Assembly: GCF_009914755.1 (NCBI RefSeq)
Contig: NC_060942.1
Source of the DNA: the human T2T-CHM13v2.0 reference genome, Homo sapiens
Strand: one strand, 5' to 3'
DNA: 64,000 nt
Below the pieces are notes generated by a model. That model made no database searches. It was not told the origin of the DNA and was given only the letters and a program-made list of their open reading frames with translations. The translations under genes and the position numbers were made by a program. Every line of letters starts with the position of its first letter. Position 1 is the stretch's first letter. Below, piece after piece: positions 62,261 to 64,000 of this stretch.

Positions 62261-64000
62261 GAAAGTAAGTTTAGTAAAGGTTTGAAATGCCTTAGAGAAA
62301 AAGTGAAAACAGACAGATATTTACAGATTGGCAGCTTCTGGAGTTAAAAAGGAGAAAGAGAGCATGCTTGTAGAAGGAAGCAATGGGAATGAAGCCATGC
62401 ATTGAAAAACAGCTATGAAATAGAGATTTCTGGATGAAAGGAAGCAGATTTCTCATGGACAGGAGAGGTAAGGGGTAACTAGGTGGCATGAAGCCAAACC
62501 ACAGAGATCCCTGAGCCAGGCAGAAAATTACCAACTGTTCAGGCAAGAAATAGAAATTGGTGGAAAAATTTGGGGTATGTAACATGTAGAAAGCAATGTT
62601 AAAAGAAGTTTAATCTGACTGAGACAGGAAGTAGAATATGCAGCTAGATGCCACTCTGATGACTCAAAATAGTAATTGCTACAGATTAGAAAGTCTTTTC
62701 CAGGTAAGTTTCACATCTGTTTTGGGCCTCCCAGATGCAGCACCAAAGCACTGTGGACGATTGAGGAGAAAAGGAGGTCAGACAAAAAGGGAAAGCTCTG
62801 CTGCCCTGGGCTAGAGGAAGACACTGTTCAGGCTATAGATAAGAGGGAATGCCTGGTTGCCTTTTATCTTTTCATTTTTAAAATAATATTAGTTAATACT
62901 AATTCAGTACTTGCAATGAACTGGTATTAGCTCATATAATTTTTTTTCTTTCAGAAGAGAAAAGATGATGCTTAGAAACTAAAGAACTTCCTAAAGTTAT
63001 CTAAGGTGACAGGCCAGTAAGGTGGACACTTCCAACTCAACGGGTTTGACCCCAAAACCACCATGCTGCCCTGGCAGCCGATTAATGGCCATGGATTCTC
63101 TATCTACTAAAGGTGTAGGACTTAGGATTTCAACTCTAAACTCTCACTCTGAGTTATAAAAAGTTGGTGGTTCAGAGAAAAGAATTAAGCTAACGTGCAA
63201 TCATTTGCTCTTCTGCAATTTCTTGGCAACTATTACTCTAGCAGTTCTGGTGTCTCATAGCCTAGGTTTGGGGTAGTTGGTGCTGAACAAAGAGGCCATT
63301 TTTGTGACCTTGTGGGACCTCATCTTATAATTTTGAGTTAACTGTCTGCAGGAAAGGACAATTTGAATGGATGAAATCATCAGCATTTGACCACGTCTGA
63401 TGTGAAGTTTCTTTTAGAAAAGATTAGTAGAATGGGAGGAAGAGGAAAGGAAAAAAGCAGCAGTTTGTAGCTTTAGCAAGAGAGATGCTTTCTCTCACAG
63501 GATGGCGCTGACCTCAAGCCAGCACTTCAGGGAATTGAGAGAATAAATTACTGAGATATGATTTTAGAAGTGATATCCCAGTTGAGCCAGGAGGTCTTTG
63601 CAATTAGAATGTCATTTGCACGGTTAACAATATTGCCACAGACCCAATACTGCTTTCTCTCAAGCCACGATAGAGAAAATCATCCAAATAAGCATGGGTT
63701 ATTATTTTTTTAAAAAGGAAAGCTGAAGAGCATTTACTTAGTCCTTAATGGTATAGCAGGCAATGTGAAATATCTTTCAGCTAAATGAAAAATTGAAAAT
63801 ATAACTTTTATGCCTGGATACTATCAGGGAAATCAAGATATTAATACATAGTCTGAGAGAAAATGAAGCTGAAATGAATTCTCTTTTTATTTAATGGCTA
63901 AAGTCAAGAATTTTTTTTCTAGTGGAAAGTAAACTATCATTTCTTTGGGCTAATTTTAAGTTCTTTGTGGACAGGACTATTTGTATGCTTCTATTGCATC

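Noticed and set aside
63496-63511. TCACAGGATGGCGCTG as a CTCF, REST or YY1 site
   Set aside because: Only partial matches to each motif, with mismatches at core positions

Overview
This is AT-rich, CpG-poor primate DNA, most likely human (AluS and AluY, THE1, a HERV-H LTR7-family LTR, L1PA 3' ends). It is intergenic or deep intronic. I found no credible protein-coding exon, RNA gene or CpG island. The listed ORFs are chance ORFs or fossil transposon frames (HAL1 ORF1, L1 ORF2, CR1 ORF2, antisense Alu). The window is a mosaic of old interspersed repeats (MIR, L2, CR1/L3, HAL1, L1MA9, L1MB, MLT1, LTR33, MER58A, MER91), younger primate insertions and microsatellites. Several repeat-free stretches are rich in homeobox, TCF and SOX motifs and look like developmental enhancers. 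I cannot support a new biological system from this sequence. The most notable structures are a self-complementary 28-bp minisatellite (40444-40650), perfect palindromes that overwrite transposon consensus sequence (template-switch scars at 11851 and 45485), a twin-primed 5'-inverted L1MA9, two very short L1PA insertions with intact target-site duplications (TSDs), a THE1 solo LTR with an intact DUX4 motif, and a HERV-H solo LTR. Repeat family names come from remembered consensus sequences, and boundaries of old repeats are approximate.
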